Source of the DNA: Raja brachyura
Taxonomy: Eukaryota
Assembly (NCBI GenBank): GCA_963514005.1
Contig: OY740805.1
Location: forward strand, 38,936,001-39,000,000
Length of the DNA stretch: 64,000 nt
Direction: 5' to 3'
The translations under genes and the position numbers were made by a program. Positions 1 through 12,218 of the stretch are shown one piece after another; position 1 is the stretch's first letter, and every line of letters starts with the position of its first letter. The notes beneath the pieces were generated by a model. That model was not told the DNA's origin. It saw only the letters and a list, made by a program, of their open reading frames with translations, and ran no database searches.

Positions 1-117
1 TTGATACCATCTAGAGTCACTGATTATTTGGGTTTCACCATTGACACAATTCACATGGCTGTGACTCATCCCCATCAGTGATACGTCCCACAACAGTGGT
101 GTCGTCAGCGAACTTGA

Positions 118-440
118 TAGAAACATAGAAACATAGAAAAATAGGTGCAGGAGTAGGCCATTCGGCCCTTCGAGCCTGCACCGCCATTCAATGTGATCAT
201 GGCTGATCATCCAACTCAGTATCCCGTACCTGCCTTCTCTCCATACCCCCTGATCCCTTTAGCCACAAGTGCCACATCTAACGCCCTCTTAAATATAGCC
301 AATGAACTGGCCTCAACTACCTTCTGTGGCAGAGAATTCCAGAGACTCACCACTCTCTGTGTAAAGAATGTTTTCCTCATCTTGGTCCTAAAGGAATTCC
401 CCCTTATCCTTAGACCTTGTTCTGGACTCCCCAGTATTTG
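118..440 (-). mobile_element. CR1 LINE 3' end fragment
   Basis: (CTATGTTT)n tail and a 3' UTR/ORF2 C-terminus (reverse strand RVVSLWNSLPQKVVEASS) shared with many copies in the window. Confidence 0.85.
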
Positions 441-1015
441 GAGATGATGGAGTTCACACTATGACCGGCTACGCAGTCATGAGTATAGAGTGAGTACAGC
501 AGGAGGCTGAGCACACAGCCTTGAGCTGCTCCCGTGCTGATTGTTATCGAGTCTGACACATTTCCACCAATACGAACAGACTGTGTTCTGTGAATGAGGA
601 AATCGAGGATCCAATTGCAGAGGGATGCGCAGAGACCCAGTTCTGCGAGTTTGGTAACCAGCTTGGAGGGGATGATTGTGTTAAATGCCGAGCTGTAATC
701 AATGAATAACAGCCTGACATATGAGTTTTTGTTGTTCAAGTGGTCCAGAGCGGAGTGGAGGGCCAGTGAGATCGCATCCACCGTTGATCTGTTGTGTCGG
801 TAAGCGAACTGCAGTGGGTCCAGGTTTTTGTCGAGATAGGAGTTGACTTGCGTCATGATCAACCTCTCAAAACACATCATCACCACAGGCGTTAGTGCCA
901 CCGGTCGATAGTCATTGAGGCATGTCACCTTGCTCTTCTTGGGCACCGGTATTATTGATGCCCTTTTGAAGCAGGTGGGAACCTCGGACCAAGTGAGAGG
1001 TTGAAAATGTCCGTA
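441..1015 (-). mobile_element. Rex1/Babar-type LINE reverse transcriptase fragment
   Basis: ORF 410-1066 contains [60 protein letters not shown]. Confidence 0.85.
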
Positions 1016-1064
1016 AAAACAATCCATTAGAAAGTCTATCCGGGCCTGGATCTCACAGGGAGTC

Positions 1065-2053
1065 AATGAAGGGAGGGAGAAAAATACTTGTGCGAGGTTT
1101 AATACTTCCAGGGAGAATACTTACTGATGGGTCGAAGGAACTCTTTAAGAAAATTAAAAATCTGAGTGAAATCTCATTGAAAGGCATTTTTTCTGGACCT
1201 TTTCTGGCCTGGCATGTGTCTTTTGGGGCAAAATGATCCTCCTTGGCTAATATGGGCATTTTGGGGGAAATAGACTGGTTTCTGGGCTAATAGGGGCCTT
1301 ATGGGCCGAAATGAGTGGTTTTAGGTGGGCCAAAGGTGGGTTGGCAGTTGACTCGCTCAAGGCTGGTGGGTTGGCAGTTGACTCGTGGCTGGTGGGCTGG
1401 CAGTTGACTCACGGCTGGAGAGCTGGCAGGTGACTCACGGCTGGTGGGCTGCCAGCTGACTCAAGGCTGGTGGGCCGGCAGATGACTCACGGCTGGTGGG
1501 CTGGCAGTTGACTCACGGCCGCCAATTCATATCATTTCAAGCAGAGTGCAGGCCACCAATTCATTTCATTTCAAGCAGAGTGCAGGCCACCAATTCATTT
1601 CATTTCAAGCAGGGTGCAGTCCCCCAATTCATTTCATTTCAAGCAGAGTGCAGGCCACCAATTCATTTCATTTCAAGTAGAGTGCAGACTCACAGTTCAG
1701 TTCACGCATGGCGTAGACTCACAGTTCTGGACTCGACTCTCATGGTCTTCCGGGTGACTGACTCGCGTCCGGCCTCCAGGGCTTTATTCACCTGACCCCC
1801 CAGAAAGGGCGTTACCTTCATCATGGTGACTGACATGCGAGAGGACCAATCAGCTAATTTCACGTTTTTTTCAACATTCATAACCTTGTTATTATTTCAC
1901 TGATTGGAAAAAACCTTGGGGCGGTTGGAGGAGAGGAGCACGGTGAGTAAGATGGGGGAAAAATCATAGCTATACATGGTACTTTTTTTTCTAAAATGTA
2001 TTTACAACGTAGACAGGAAGTGGTCAAGATGAGACTTTTAGTAATAGTATAGA
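1065..2053 (-). mobile_element. Non-autonomous Helitron-like element (3' end not seen) with internal minisatellites
   Basis: Minus-strand 5' end A|TCTATAC at 2053; terminal ~250 bp homologous to the 2404-3337 element; ~26-bp and ~35-bp tandem arrays at 1325-1690. Left boundary approximate. Confidence 0.5.
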
Positions 2054-2344
2054 TATGTGTGTGAATAATAATAATAATACATTTTATTGTAATTGCACAT
2101 AAGTGCAACGGGATTTGGATAAGCAGCTTCCATCCAATGTCATAACTTAAATAACTATTAAAATTTAGATTTAGATACCCTGAGAACATGGTTTGTAAAA
2201 AGAACATTAAAACAGTAAAACAGTCAAAACAGACTAAAGTGCAGATGTGTCTCTGCGACGTGACCATCCGAGGGAGACAGTCCATGGGGGTGGGGGGCAC
2301 TCAGCAGGGCCGGTTCAGAGCCGCTATAGCTCTGGGAATGAAGC

Positions 2345-2375
<31 letters not shown>

Positions 2376-2403
2376 TATGTGTATGTTTATATTTATATAC
2401 ATA

Positions 2404-3337
2404 CTAGACTAAGTGGGACCCATTGGGTCTCAGCTTCACACGGGAGGGCTGGCCCCCCAATGCAATATTCCACCACTCCCAAATTCCAATATTGTTGGCC
2501 AGTGGGGGGGGGGGGGGCTTTTTGGAGTGCAAGTATGGGTGTTGTGAGCGGAATGGACTGGTTTCCAGAGGGCTAGTATGGACATTGTGGGCCGAATGGA
2601 TTATTGGGCTGGTGGCTCAGTCACGCAAGCCTGTTATGCTGGCAGCTCACTCACAGCTGGTGGGCTGGCAGTTGACTCATGGCTATTCCTTGAAATTCCA
2701 TTTCAAGCAGCGCGCAATGCCACCAAATTCAAATGCAGTTTCATAGCACTTCAAGCATGGTGCAAGGCCACCAAATCCAAGTGCAGTTTCCTCCCACTTC
2801 AAGCAAGGTGCAAGGCCACAAAATTGAAGTGCGGTTTCATACCACTTCAAGCAAGGTGCAAGGCCACCAAATTCAAATGCAGTTTCATGCCACTTCAAGC
2901 AGGTTGCAAGGCCACCAAATTCAAGTGCTGTATCCGACCACTTCAAGCAGGGTGCAAGGCCAAAAAATTCAAGTGCAGTTTCATACCATTTGAAGCACGG
3001 TGCAAGGCCACTAAAGACAGAGAGTGTGACCTCTCCCTCCCCCATCTTGCAGAGACTGAGCCAAGCCCACACTTCTGGGTTCTATAGTTCCCCCTCCCTC
3101 CCACAAGAAGGGGCGTGGATTTCATTACGTGATTGACAGGAAAGAGAATCTAAACATTTTTAAAACATTGATAACTCTTATTATTCATGGATGGGAAAAC
3201 TCCTTGGCACCTGATGAACGGAGGGGACTCTGAGTAAGATTAACAAAATTCACAGCCGTAGGTGATAGCGTTTTTTCCTAAAATCAATATACAGTGCAAA
3301 CAGGAAGTGGTCAAGACTAGACTTTTAATTATATAGA
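2404..3337 (-). mobile_element. Non-autonomous Helitron-like element with 48-bp minisatellite
   Basis: 5' TC start (TCTATATAATTAAAAG); 3' hairpin GACCC-AAT-GGGTC followed 9 nt later by CTAG|T; ~6.5 x 48-bp repeats at 2690-3010. Confidence 0.65.
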
Positions 3338-3737
3338 GGCAAGGCAACTTTTCAATTAGGAATGGCAACTTTTCAATTGGGCAAGGCAACTGGTCAATTA
3401 GGCAAGGCAATTTTTCAATTGGGCAAGGCAACTGGTCAATTAGGCAAGGCAACTTTTCAATTGGGCAAGGCAACTGGTCAATTAGGCAAGGCAACTTTTC
3501 AATTGGGCAAGGCAACTTTAGCATTTCCAACCCAAAGGCAACTTTGGCATTTCCAAAGCCAAAGGCAACGTTGGCATTTCCAAACCAAAGGCAACTTTGG
3601 CATTTCCAGACCAAAGACATCTTTGGCATTTCCAGACCTGAGGCAACCATAGCATTTCCAAACCCGAGGCACCTTTAGCATTTCCAAAGCAGAGGCAACT
3701 TTGGCATTTCAAAACCCAAGGCAACTTTAGCATTTCC
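3338..3737. repeat. 21-bp minisatellite arrays (GGCAAGGCAACTTTTCAATTG / GGCAACTTTGGCATTTCCAAA variants)
   Basis: Visible tandem periodicity; generates repetitive spurious ORFs. Confidence 0.9.
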
Positions 3738-4060
3738 AGAGCCTGAGCACAACGGGCTCCCACCTGGAACCGGGAATTCGGTTTGAACCCATTCTTCCAA
3801 AGATCCGTTCCGAAGAAAATGAATCTGTTGTGTGAAGAGCAAATACTGCAAACACGATATCAATTCTAATAGTTGGCTGACTTTAGGGCCCTAGGGAGCA
3901 CGGAGCTCAAGATCCGCCGCCCGCGGTTGCTGCTGAACCCGCGGGAAGGGCGATTGTTTCAATCTTTATATTTTCAGTAAAGTAATTTATGTTCAGTTGG
4001 CGGACGCGGTTAACGCGTTAAAATGAACGGATCGACAGACAGCTCTGATTTCAGTTGCTG

Positions 4061-4103
4061 TTTATTTCACTCTTCCCACATTTACATTCCCCCTGGTTTT
4101 ATT
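4061..4103 (-). promoter_or_regulatory. Candidate polyadenylation signals of TRIM copy A
   Basis: Minus-strand AATAAA at 4098-4103 and 4061-4066, both conserved in copy B (16544-16549, 16507-16512). Confidence 0.6.
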
Positions 4104-4241
4104 TCCGCGCACACTGGGGTTTCATGACGCGAAATTTGGGGATTAAATGGGAGCCGTTCAGCGCCGGCCTGTTGTTCACCGGGTTTCTGCCCCACAGCCC
4201 CTGAGCCCCGCTCCTGACGCCGGTCCCGGGACCCGACCCTT

Positions 4242-4774
4242 TTACACACCCGGAGCGGAACCGGAGCAGATGCTCAGCCACTGATTTTCATGGCAGGTCC
4301 AGAAGAGAGGATATAGTTTCTCCGTGAATTTATTCCCAGTGAAGGTGTGGAGATGGGACTTGGTGTCCGCGTCGTAAAATGAAACTGTCCCTGACTCGTA
4401 ACTGAGATAAACTCCCACCCTCCCGGGGATGGGACGGGCGGGAAGATGGGATGGAGGGGAGGTGAGTGCAACAAACCCGTCATCCAACCGCCAGATGCAC
4501 CAGACTCCAGTCCCCGGGGTCAGGTCGTCCTCTCCTTTCCTATCCACAGACTCTGCGACGACTCCCAGACTCCAGATCCGACTCTCCGCCACCTCCACCT
4601 CCCAGTAATGTCTCCCCGATGTGAATCCCTCGGATCCCAGCACACACGGATAGTCCGTAAACCTCTTCCCGGTGTCAGGGAGACTCCTCCGGGTCTCGAT
4701 CCGTCTCACTCTCTTCCGATCCGCAGACACCTCGAGCTGCGGATGCGCTGTTTCCACATCCAGGGTGACGGAGA
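4242..4774 (-). CDS. TRIM copy A exon 6: B30.2 (PRY/SPRY) domain
   Basis: Acceptor CCCCCAG|TC, phase 1; VTLDVETAHPQLEVS..CVLGSEGFTSGRHYWEVEV..RVGVYLSYESGTVSFYD..KLYPLF; stop at 4242. Confidence 0.95.
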
Positions 4775-5847
4775 CTGGGGGGAGAAGCAGAGAATCAGAG
4801 AGTCCCCGGGGGTCGGGGGGAGACTCGGGCAGCGCGGCCCCGGTACCGGGGGAGAAGCCGCTCGGCCTCAGGCACAAGAGGGCGGACACCCCAACAACAT
4901 CGCTGGCCAAAACATACATCTTTCCCGGAGCTTCACGACCGGGCACCGCTGGAGAGGGGGGAATTCTGCGGGTTATTGGGAATGGGAGGGAGTGCTCCGT
5001 GCGGACGGGGAAAACGAATACGGGAAGCGAGGATGATCGGAAGATCGTGGGTGGGGACAGATAAATAAGGCGGAATTCAAATATCTTGCCAGTAGATGTC
5101 GAGGGAGAGGCAGATTGGAAGATGAGACGGAATGAGTGGTAATTAGACGTGGTTAAAGAGGATGTAGACATGTGGAGGTGGTGTTCCCGTGATCACACTG
5201 AACGGGAGTGGACTGGACGGGCGAGGCAATCTGCTACTGTTTACTTGCTTTCTTTAGAGTAGGGTGGATTTGATGGGTCTGTACAACCAAGAACACTCTG
5301 ATCTCATTGTGAAACAATATATGAACTTTGGGTACACAAAAGGCTGGAGAAACTCAGCGGGTGCAGCAGCATCAAAGGAGCGAAGGAGATCGGCGACGTT
5401 TCGGGTCAAGACCCTTCTTCAGACTCACTGAGGGAACTTTACTGAGGGACTTGACAATGTTTTGCATGTTAGGCTGGTCCAGAAAGCGAAAGCAGGTTGG
5501 ATCCAAGACGAGTTAGTACAATGGATCCACAATTGTCTTGGTGGTCTGAGGTGGAAGGTAGCGCTAGAAGGATATTCTGCTTGGAGGTCTGTGACTGGAG
5601 GTGTGCAGCAGAGATCGGTGCTGCAGCCATTGCTGTTTATTTTCTATTTTCCTGGCTTGTTGGAGAATGTAGGTGGTGTGAAAAATACTTTTGTGGAGAA
5701 TGGGAAATGTGGATAGCGAGGAAGTCTGTCAAAGTCTGCAACAAGATATAGGCTAGATCATCAAAACCTTATTGTCATGCAGGGATATCAATACTGGAGG
5801 GCTCAGTTTTCTTCACACAAAGCGTTATTAAGAGGTATCAGCTTTAC

Positions 5848-5966
5848 CTCGTTTGATGATATCAGATGTTTCTCTCAATGCCATGTTGTGGAAAAACGTG
5901 AGATCAAACTTTTCAATGGGTAACGCACCATCTACCACCAACATTGGTTTGGTTTCATCATTAACC
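5848..5966 (-). CDS. TRIM copy A exon 5 (119 bp linker)
   Basis: TTTGCAG|..CGAG|GTAAAG; open frame; phases 2/1 fit the neighbouring exons; same length in copy B. Confidence 0.85.
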
Positions 5967-6064
5967 CTGCAAATATTTAACAACCGGTTAGAAACTGAGC
6001 ATTAGTTGTTTCTTTGAGCTGTACTATAAAAACATACATTGTTTCAGTCAGAAGCATGTCCTAC

Positions 6065-6087
6065 CTACTCTTGCGGCCAGCTTCCTC
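6065..6087 (-). CDS. TRIM copy A exon 4 (23-bp mini-exon)
   Basis: TTTCAG|GAGGAAGCTGGCCGCAAGAGTAG|GTAGG; a 23-bp exon is typical of B30.2 TRIM genes. Confidence 0.85.
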
Positions 6088-6730
6088 CTGAAATAAATAA
6101 AACACAAATCTCAATAGACTGAGATAGATCATGATCCCGACGGCAGGTATTTCACCAAATTGCGGGAAACCCCTCCATGATAATTCCCATTTCCCAACTA
6201 TTTGCCACTGTCACACAGATTGAAAGTGGATATTGTCATAGAGACATTGAACACGGTAGTCAGCATTAGGAATGTCGATGAAAATAACTGCGAGTATGGA
6301 TCTTACGAGTGGGAAGATCCTGGGATTTTATCTGGAGAGGACGTCAGGGATAATAGGATGGAATATTTTAAGATCAGCGATGGATTTAAATGGGTGAGGG
6401 TTGGAAATATTATCACGACTTATGGGGAAAATAAAAATAAGGCCTGGAATGTATGATGGCCTTTAATAAATTCCACAAGAAATGCAGTAAAGAGAACGTG
6501 GAACTCACACGGTGGCCTGAAGATAATATTGCAGATAAATGAAGTGGGATAAGTACATGAAGATTCTGGGAATTTGGGGCATTATTGTTGGATGTGGTGA
6601 GTAGATGGAACAGACAGAACATTGACCCAGTACTGAATTACTGGTAAATGCAGCATTTATTTCAGAAATGTAACCCACCATTTTGTGACTGTGCACTTTC
6701 CCTTCACCAAACTGTAGTGTTACCCCTCAC

Positions 6731-6964
6731 CTTAAGAAATATCACGCCGTCCTTGTGGTCTGTCTGTTCTTGTAGCTTTGAGAGTTCCTCCTGAATGGAA
6801 TTTAAATACTCTTGGATCTCTTGAAGATTTTTCTTCATTGTTTTTACAATTTTCTTCTCTTCTTCCCGGATATCTTCGAGTAAGCGCTGCTCTTTCTCAG
6901 TGAGAATCTGGCGCAGTTCAGCAAACTGGGATGTGGTCTGTGACTGAAGGTTGCGTGACGCTTC
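6731..6964 (-). CDS. TRIM copy A exon 3 (234 bp, coiled coil)
   Basis: ACAG|GAAGCG..CTTAAG|GTGAGG; EASRNLQSQTTSQFAELRQILTEKEQRLL.. Confidence 0.9.
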
Positions 6965-7371
6965 CTGTCAGATGAAAGATGAGAATCAATCAACTCTGCT
7001 GTGTTTCCTCATGACATTGAAGGTGACATTTGGCTGATTAATGTCGAGTCCTGGAGTACAGAAATATGCCATTCTGCCCAACAAGCCCATGGTTACATTA
7101 ATCCCATTAACATGTATTCAACCCGTAGATTTCATTGCCATGGCAATTCAAGAACTTGGTGAAAGTAATGTACAAGCACATCATTCCCATTTCCCCAGTA
7201 CAATTCCCTGCAACCTATTCCATTGTGTGTGTCCATTAACCCTCAGTGAACAGAACCAGGTCAACAGAACTAGCAGACAGCAGCACCACTTAGAATGACA
7301 GACTTCATAGAGTCATATTCTTGTGGCTGTGGTGTATCTAGTGTATGTGGTAGCTGTGGTGTATCTGGTGT

Positions 7372-8555
7372 ATGTGGTAGATGTGGTGTATCTGGACTTC
7401 TAGCAGGCTTTCGACAAGGTCCCACATAAGAGATTAGTATACAAACTTAAAGCATAAGGCATTGGGGGTTCAGTATTAATGTGGATAGAGAACTGGCTGG
7501 CAAACAGGAAGCAAAGAGTAGGAGTAAACGGGTCCTTTCACAATGGCAGGCAGTGACTAGCAAGGCTCAGTGCTGGGACCCCAGCTATTTACAATATATA
7601 TTAATGATCTGGATGAGGGAATTGAAGGCAATATCTCCAAGTTTGCGGATGACACTAAGCTGGGGGGCAGTGTTAGCTGTGAGGAGAATGCTAGGAGTCT
7701 GCAAGGTGACTTGGATAGGCTTGGCAGATGCAGTATAATGTGGGTACATGTGAGGTTATCCACTTTGGTGGCAAAAACAGGAAAGCAGACTATTATCTAA
7801 ATGGTGGCAGATTAGGAAAAGGGGAGATGCAGCGGGACCTGGGTGTCATGGTACACCTGCCATTGAAAGTACGCATGCAGGTGCAGCAGGCAGTGAATAA
7901 AGCGAATGGCATGTTAGCTTTCATAGCAAAAGGATTTGAGTATAGGAGCAGAGAGGTTCTACTTCAGTTGTACAGGGTCGTGGTGAGACCACACCTGGAG
8001 TATTGCGTACAGTTTTGGTCTCCAAATCTGAGGAAGGACATTATTGCCAAAGAGGGAGTGCAGAGAAGATTCACCAGACTGATTCCTGGGATGTCAGGAC
8101 TGTCTTATGAAGAAAGACTAGATAGACTCGGTTTATACTCTCTAGAATTTAAGAGATTGAGAGGGGATCTTATAGAAACTTACAAGATTCTTAAGGGGTT
8201 GGACAGGCTAGATGCAGGAAGATTGTTCCTGATGTTGGGGAAGTTCAGGACAAGGGGTCACAGCTTAAGGATAAGGGGGAAATCCTTTAAGACCGAGATG
8301 AGAAATACTTTTTTTCACACAGAGAGTGGTGAGTCTCTGGAACTCTCTGCCACAGAGGGTAGTCGAGGCCAGTTCATTGGCTATATTTAAGAGGGAGTTA
8401 GATGTGGCCCTTGAGGCTAAGGGAATCAGAGGGTATGGAGAGAAGGCAGGTACGGGATACTGAGTTGGATGATCAGCCATGATCATATTGAATGGCGGTC
8501 CAGGCTCGAAGGGCCGAATGGCCTACTCTTGCACCTAATTTCTATGTTTCTATGT
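7372..8555 (+). mobile_element. 5'-truncated CR1 LINE in TRIM A intron 2
   Basis: [10 protein letters not shown] and [13 protein letters not shown] motifs, CTATGTTT tail; absent from the matching intron of copy B. Confidence 0.9.
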
Positions 8556-9068
8556 CACACAGCAAAGGGTGTTGGATCAAGACGACCAAGACGCCCCATC
8601 TGCGCTAATTCCACCTGTCTGCATTTGGCCCAGATAGTTCAAAATGTTCTCTCCACGAACTTGTTCAAATATCTTTTAAATATTGTTGTGGTACCTGAAT
8701 CAACTACCTCCCCTGGCAGCGCGTTCCATATACCCACTATCAGAGTTGCCCTTAATGTTCGTTTTAAATCTGTTCCCTCTCACCTTAAACCTATGCCCTC
8801 ACATGCTGGACATAGTGTAAAGGACTGAGAATTCGCCCTACCATTTCGTTTTATGATATTATACATCTGCAACAAATCATTCTCCAGACTCCTGCGCTCC
8901 AGCGAGCAAAGTCCTTGGCTGCCCAACCGCTCCCAAGATCACGTGTCCTCGACTACTGAGCTCTATAGAGGTGCCCACTTATTACATGCGGATCAAATCT
9001 ACACAAAAACGGGGATCACAGGGATCAAATCTACACAAAAACTTTAAATCGGTAGTACAAAGCCTCAC

Positions 9069-9164
9069 CTGAACTCCAGAAATGCTCTCTTTCTGTTTCT
9101 GCTCCATTTGCTCGATCTCTGATTTCTCTTCAGTGAGAGAGTTGAGAGAAGATTTCACCTTTTC
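9069..9164 (-). CDS. TRIM copy A exon 2 (96 bp, coiled coil)
   Basis: CCCCAG|GAAAAG..GTTCAG|GTGAGG; EKVKSSLNSLTEEKSEIEQMEQKQKESISGVQ. Confidence 0.9.
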
Positions 9165-9254
9165 CTGGGGTTGGATTTCAGATCAGAGAATAAAAATGTC
9201 AGACAATAAAGAAAAGATTACACAATGATTTGAGCAAAATCCGTTTGGTTTTAC

Positions 9255-9665
9255 CTTGTAGAATTCAATTGCTTCTTCTATCATCATTAAGCTGTGAGAC
9301 TTGTGTTCCCGCTCAGCTGCACAAATCACACAGATCAGCTTCTTGTCCGTTTCACAAAACAGCTTCAGTTCCTCCTGATGTTTCTCGCAGTGAAGTTTAC
9401 TTTCCTTCTCTTTGAGATTCAGGCTCAGTGCTCGAGCTTTCTCAGCCAGTCTAACCAAGGCCCGATTCACCCTGAGGGTGCGGTCCACAAACTCCTCTCT
9501 ACATTCCGGGCAGCAGTTTCTCGCCTCCCTGTCCCAACTCTGTGTGATACAGGAGCGGCAAAAGTTGTGCCCACAGTCCAGTGACACCGGATCGGTGAAG
9601 AAATCCAGGCAGATGGGACAAACTACCTCCTCGGTTAAACTCTCGACCTGGTATTTCGAAGCCAT
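9255..9665 (-). CDS. TRIM copy A exon 1: RING + B-box (TRIM39/TRIM27-like E3 ligase; gene 4242-9665, 471 aa)
   Basis: [34 protein letters not shown]; [19 protein letters not shown]-box; donor AAG|GTAAAA; six exons sum to 1416 bp with an open frame. Confidence 0.95.
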
Positions 9666-9699
9666 TTGAAATCCTCCACTTCCTGGTTCAAAATGTTTT

Positions 9700-9740
9700 G
9701 ATTGACGTGGAGCTGCTGAATATGAGCGGTCACGTGACCG
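9700..9740. promoter_or_regulatory. Candidate proximal promoter motifs of TRIM A (E-box palindrome, CRE-like site)
   Basis: Perfect 14-bp palindrome CGGTCACGTGACCG at 9727-9740 and TGACGT near 9703; CACGTG and TGACGT retained upstream of copy B. Confidence 0.4.
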
Positions 9741-9742
9741 TC

Positions 9743-10015
9743 ACGGTGACGCAGTGGCAGAGTTGCTGCCTCACAGCGAATGCAGCCCCAGAGACGCGGG
9801 TTCGATCCTGACTACGGATGCTGTCTGTACAGAGTTTGTACGTTCTCCCCATGATCTGCGTGGGTTTTCTCCGATATCTTCGGTTTTTCAGAGGCTTGGT
9901 AAATGTACAAAATGTCCCTAGTGGGTATAGGATAGTGTTAATGTGCGTGGATCGCTGCTCGGCTAGGACCTGGTGGGCCGAATGGCCTGCTTGCGCACTG
10001 TATCTCTGAACTACA
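9743..10015 (+). mobile_element. tRNA-derived SINE (HE1/V-SINE-like)
   Basis: A-box-like GACGCAGTGG, B-box GGTTCGATCC, central GTTTGTACGTTCTCCCC..TGCGTGGGTTTTCTCC; relatives near 25180-25460, 25740-25962 (-) and 33925-34145. Confidence 0.75.
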
Positions 10016-12218
10016 TTAAACCCAACCCCTACAGTACCGTGTCGCTGCGCCCCCCACCCCCCCCCCCCCCCCCCCCGTTGCGGGCAATGAATGCTATTTG
10101 GCTGCAAGTGTTCAGTGTGAAGATGACCTGGCCACTTCCATCTCATCACACAAGAGGACAGCTCATCACACACGTAGATTGGACAATAAACTGGCCTGAA
10201 TAAGGCATGACAGAAAGGGGCGGTGCCCGGCGCTAAGGAAGCCTCGAGGAGGCGTTGCACCTGTTGGGCAGCGAAATCCGCCGCCCGCTTCTCCGTTCAC
10301 AGCCCGGGATCAGGAAAGACGGAGACCTCCCTCCGCCCTTACTTTGATCCACAACAGTGCGCCTGTCTTTCATGCAGCAGTCTTCGGGGCAATCTATGCG
10401 TGTGTTATTTAAAGGGTATTATGTGACCCTCTAAAATTCATTGCAGATTGCAAAGGTTTACTTTGTCTGTCTGAAGAAGGGTCTCGACCCGAACCGTCGC
10501 CCATTCATTCTATCCATAGTTGCTGCCTCACCCGATGAGTATCTCCAGCAGTTTTGTCTACCAGTTTCTTTGTCTGCCGATCAGTTTAGTTTAGTTTAGC
10601 TTAGAGATACATCGCGAAAACAGGCCCTTCGGCCCACCGAGTCTGCACCACCGAGCGACAAATCTACATATTACAATCGCCCCACACTCTTAAACCTCGA
10701 CTCCCACCTCAACATTTCTCACTTTAATTATGATCCGACTTTGCTGGCTAAACCTTGCACTAAACGTTATTCCATCATCGAGTACGAGCCATACACTGTA
10801 CGTGGCTCGATTGTAATGATGTGTTGTCTTTCTGCTGACTGGATTTCACCTCGACACACGTACCAATAACCTAAACTGGAAAGCCTTATTCCCCTTCGAT
10901 AGACACTAAATGGTGGAGTAACGCATCGGGACAGGTTGCATCTCTGGAGAGGAGGAATGGGTGACGTTTCGGGGCGAGACCCTACTTCAGACAGTCTCGA
11001 CCCGAAACGTCAGCAATTAATTCTCTCCAGAAATGCTGCCTGTCCCGCTGAGTTACTCCAGCATGTTGTGTCTATGTTCGGTTTACATCAGCATCTGCAA
11101 TTCATCCTACACTCCGAGGCATATTCCACTTGTTGCTTCTTTCTCGCAATTCTGTTCCCCTTTGATCCCCGCACAGATGGGAAAGACCCCCTCGCAGCCA
11201 CCAAAACCACCCCGCCCCCCCCCCCCCCCCATTCCCCCTCTCCACACCTGAGCGAGCTTGAACCCTCTGTGAAAGCTTTCAAATTCCCTTCTCCACAGAG
11301 AACCTGCACACGCTTCTCCAGCCTCACCCTCGGCCCGAATCTCCTCATCCTTGAAACCATTCATCTGAATATTTCCTGCGCCCTCCCAATGATCCTCGCT
11401 TCTTTCATAAAGTTTGGTGACCAGAAAGAGGCTTGATGCACCAGTTGGGTCCAAACCTGTGTTTTATCCAAATTCAACGTAACCACCGGATAATGTAGGA
11501 AGGAACTGCAGATACTGGTTTACATCGAAGATACATCAAATTGCTGGAGTATCTCAGCAGGACAGGCAGCATCTCAGGAGAGAAGGGGTGGGTGACGTTT
11601 CGGGTCGGGACCCTTCTTCGGACTCTTTCACTCATTTTTTTCTACATCTCATTATATCACCGTCGATATCTCTCGCTTCCCTTTCCCCTGACTCACAGTC
11701 TGAAGAAGGGTCTCAACCCGAAACGCCACCCACTCCTTCTGTCCAGAGATGCTGCCTGTCCCGCTGAGTTACTCCAGCTTTTTGTGACTATGTCCTGATG
11801 TTGTACTCTGGGCCTTCATTGATGAGGTTCTGGATTCCCGTCGCCATTACTGGCTGCACTTCAATGTGATTTACGCAGGTAAAGCACTCTGTGGTCTCCG
11901 AAAAGAGATGCGAGGACATTGTATAGATGTTAGCGGGTTGTGACGCTGCAATGCTGAGAACTATATGCTGCACATTGTACCTGTCCCTTTTCCCTATCTA
12001 TTGTACTGGAGTTTGACTTGATTGTAACCAGCGGCACAATCCAGGGACACATTTTTTTAATATTTCCCCCCACCTGAAATACAGTTAATCACCTGAAATG
12101 CTAGAAGGAAGCAAACTGTCTGAAATACAATCATCGCAACGCTATTATTTTGTTGAAGATCCAACACGTTCAATGTGGTTGAAGATCAAATGTTCTTGGA
12201 ATTTGCCGAGCGATCTAC

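Noticed and set aside
2578-3763. Cys/Lys-rich repetitive ORFs and CRISPR-like periodicity
   Set aside because: Translations of head-to-tail minisatellites with no unique spacers; eukaryotic context
4446-5064. Plus-strand ORFs over the B30.2 exon (likewise 16897-17451)
   Set aside because: Antisense shadows of GC-rich coding sequence
4775-5171. N-terminal extension of the 309-aa ORF
   Set aside because: Intronic read-through upstream of the acceptor at 4775; not kept as an ORF in copy B
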